A DNA stretch of 64,000 bases from Lobosporangium transversale (taxonomy: Eukaryota), in assembly GCF_002105155.1 (NCBI RefSeq), contig NW_019028994.1:744001-808000 (forward strand), given 5' to 3'. How positions within the stretch are numbered: the first letter of the stretch is position 1; every line of letters starts with the position of its first letter. The notes beneath the pieces are model-generated. The model made no database searches, was not told the origin of the DNA, and saw only the letters and a program-made list of their open reading frames with translations. Position numbers and translations under genes: made by a program. Shown here one piece after another: positions 61,901 through 64,000 of this stretch.

Positions 61901-64000
61901 TCGTACTAGACTATATTCCAGAATAGATCGATGGAGGAATCGATGTTGAATGCCTGTACGAGTGAGTGGTGAAGCCTCACGCAACAGGTTGCTTCTATTC
62001 TCTTTGCTGAAATACGCTTCTTTCCATGTACCCTTGTCCTTAAATGGCGAATACTCCACCACAGGGTTGCCATCTTGATGCCTATAGATTGCTATAGCCA
62101 GCTCCGTCAAGTACTTGATTCCATTCTGTGCAAACCCTTCATCTGTAAATATCCGGAACATCTTTCTATCTTCCGGCCTTAGTGTCTCGCCTAATCGCTT
62201 CTTGCCTCGTTCGAGCCACAGCTCAACGAACTGATCATATAGTGTGATTCGCTTGATCTTGGTGCTAGAAATGTTGCAGCTTGGATCCACCATCCGTGGA
62301 AGTACTTCTAACGACATCGATAGAATGAAAGGGTTCTTCACAAGGTCTTGTAGACTAGGAACCATTTTGAGTGCACGTCGATAGTCATCTACACGCCACA
62401 GTGGATCCACGACTGTAACATATTGTTCGATATAGTCATCGATCTGAGTTTCATTAAATGGCATAATCACAGCTTCTTGAAATAATCCGGCATCTGCTTG
62501 GTGATTGCGGTCCATAGGTTGGAAGCGATCTCGATAGTCTAATCCAAGATACTCGCTGCGACAACTAATCACCATCTGAGCTTCCCACTCTCCAGGCTGG
62601 TTCAATCGATTGGCAACATACAAATTGCTGGTCTGCAAGCTCTCGTCATACCCATCACAGATCAAGATGAAGGGCCGATTCATCTTCAGTTCCTTGATCT
62701 GTGAGTCTGTAAAGCCATAATCTCGCAACTGCTTTGCAACCAAATCCTTCTCTGGCTTGTCGATGGCTGGAAGGTTGATAAACAGTGGAATCCGGCCATG
62801 TCTACTTTGGCATGTATCCCAGAGTGTACGTTCCAGCGCACGGTTGAATGTCGACTTGCCTGCCCCTGAATCCCCTTGGACGAGTAACACTTTGCGGTCG
62901 CTGTCCAAGAACTCTTTTACTTTGTCCATCAGTAAGAACAACTTAGTATCGCTTGCTTGAGGACTTGCTTTGGCGTACTGTTGAATGTAGAATCCTTGGT
63001 TGTTTTCAGCTTCTACCCGTCGTCTTTTTAGTTGACGCAGGCTGTTTTCGACATCGGGCTTCTTCTGTACACGATCAAGTAAATGTGAAGATGTAGACAG
63101 AGGGAGTGTGAAAGTGAAAGGGTGCTGGATCATTGGCTCTTGAAGACAGCTCCTGTACACCTCTTGTTTCTCGAGGCTCCCATGTTTCTCTAGATCATCC
63201 AAGAGGGTACCTATGGCTGGAAAGAAAAGGACATGTGTAAGGGATAAATGGACTAGCTATAATATGCTGAGTATTAACAGCATCCAAACACATCTACAGA
63301 AAAGAGAAGGATACATACCTTGTAGCCCCAGTGGCAATGAAGACAGTTTCCTAAGGATATGAATGATCCATTGCTTGACATGTACATGGCTGCCCCACTC
63401 CTGATCATTCATGTAGATCTCTCCAAGGAATGTGATGGCATCCTGCCTAGCATCCATGCTCCACTGTGCATCAGCTGCAATCTGTCCCAGCCTTTGACAT
63501 AGTCCCCATTGGAATACTGCATCATTTCGACAAGATGCTTCACACACAAGAGTCTTGAACTTGATCAGCTCGCCTGTCTGGAGTAGTGCATCAGCTACAC
63601 GTAGTGCTGGATACCACGCAGACCTGCGACTAAAAATAAGTCCCTCTTCCATACATTGTTTGAAAGTTGCTCCACTCTCATATAATGAGGTTGAATCCTT
63701 GTACACTTGCAGACTCAGGTCCATAATATCTATTACGGAAGGAAGCTCTTTCTGGATGTTGCTTATCTCATCCATGAACACTTTCATATTCACGTCTTTG
63801 ACTGCACTCACCACTCCAAACACTCCTCGGAGCACTACTGATGTCCGTCGAAGCATGGATTGCATTGTCGTTTCATCATCTGGGATATATAGTAGAGCTT
63901 GGAAAGCATAAGCTGCTTGATAGACCAGATGAGGATCTGGGCTTTCTTTCAGCTGTTTGAGGTATGCTGCAAGTGGCTCATGGAGTTGACCTCGCTTCAG
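58958..64000 (-). CDS. NLR-like STAND protein copy 4 (5' end beyond window); intron 63217-63318
   Basis: ORFs 63257..63865 and 58958..63202 are joined by a GT-AG intron at the same position as in copies 2 and 3. GDSGAGKS, ILICDGYDE, pentapeptide repeats, WD40 repeats and a CNECSYAHIISC tail. Confidence 0.9.

Noticed and set aside
1..64000. tRNA, rRNA or spliceosomal snRNA genes
   Set aside because: No convincing cloverleaf or conserved RNA motifs seen by eye. tRNAscan-SE and Infernal would be needed to exclude them.

Overview
Eukaryotic, fungal-type genomic DNA with spliceosomal GT-AG introns, many containing long poly-T/poly-A runs. The gene content suggests an early-diverging fungus such as Mortierellaceae (inference, not a database result). 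The window has two layers. (1) Intron-rich housekeeping genes: CLC anion transporter, FCF1, Hv1 proton channel, mitochondrial phosphate carrier, acid lipase/sterol esterase, ALDH8-like dehydrogenase, cytochrome P450, peroxisomal SDR, DUR3 urea transporter, TPS2 and tricalbin. (2) An accessory layer: four paralogous NLR-like STAND genes (~6 kb where complete; helical N-terminus, NACHT, pentapeptide repeats, WD40, C-terminal Cys/His motif) showing gene-conversion tracts, hypervariable WD40 positions and one pseudogenised copy, plus a pogo/Tigger-type deletion derivative with 97-bp TIRs, a MITE, a SWIM-finger transposase relic and a small secreted beta/gamma-crystallin-like protein. Most striking points: the evolving NLR-like receptor family, a CLC whose gating glutamate is Gln (GKQGP) and whose central Tyr is Phe, and a tricalbin frameshift that a cryptic intron could repair. 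Splice sites and alignments were read by eye; no searches were run.
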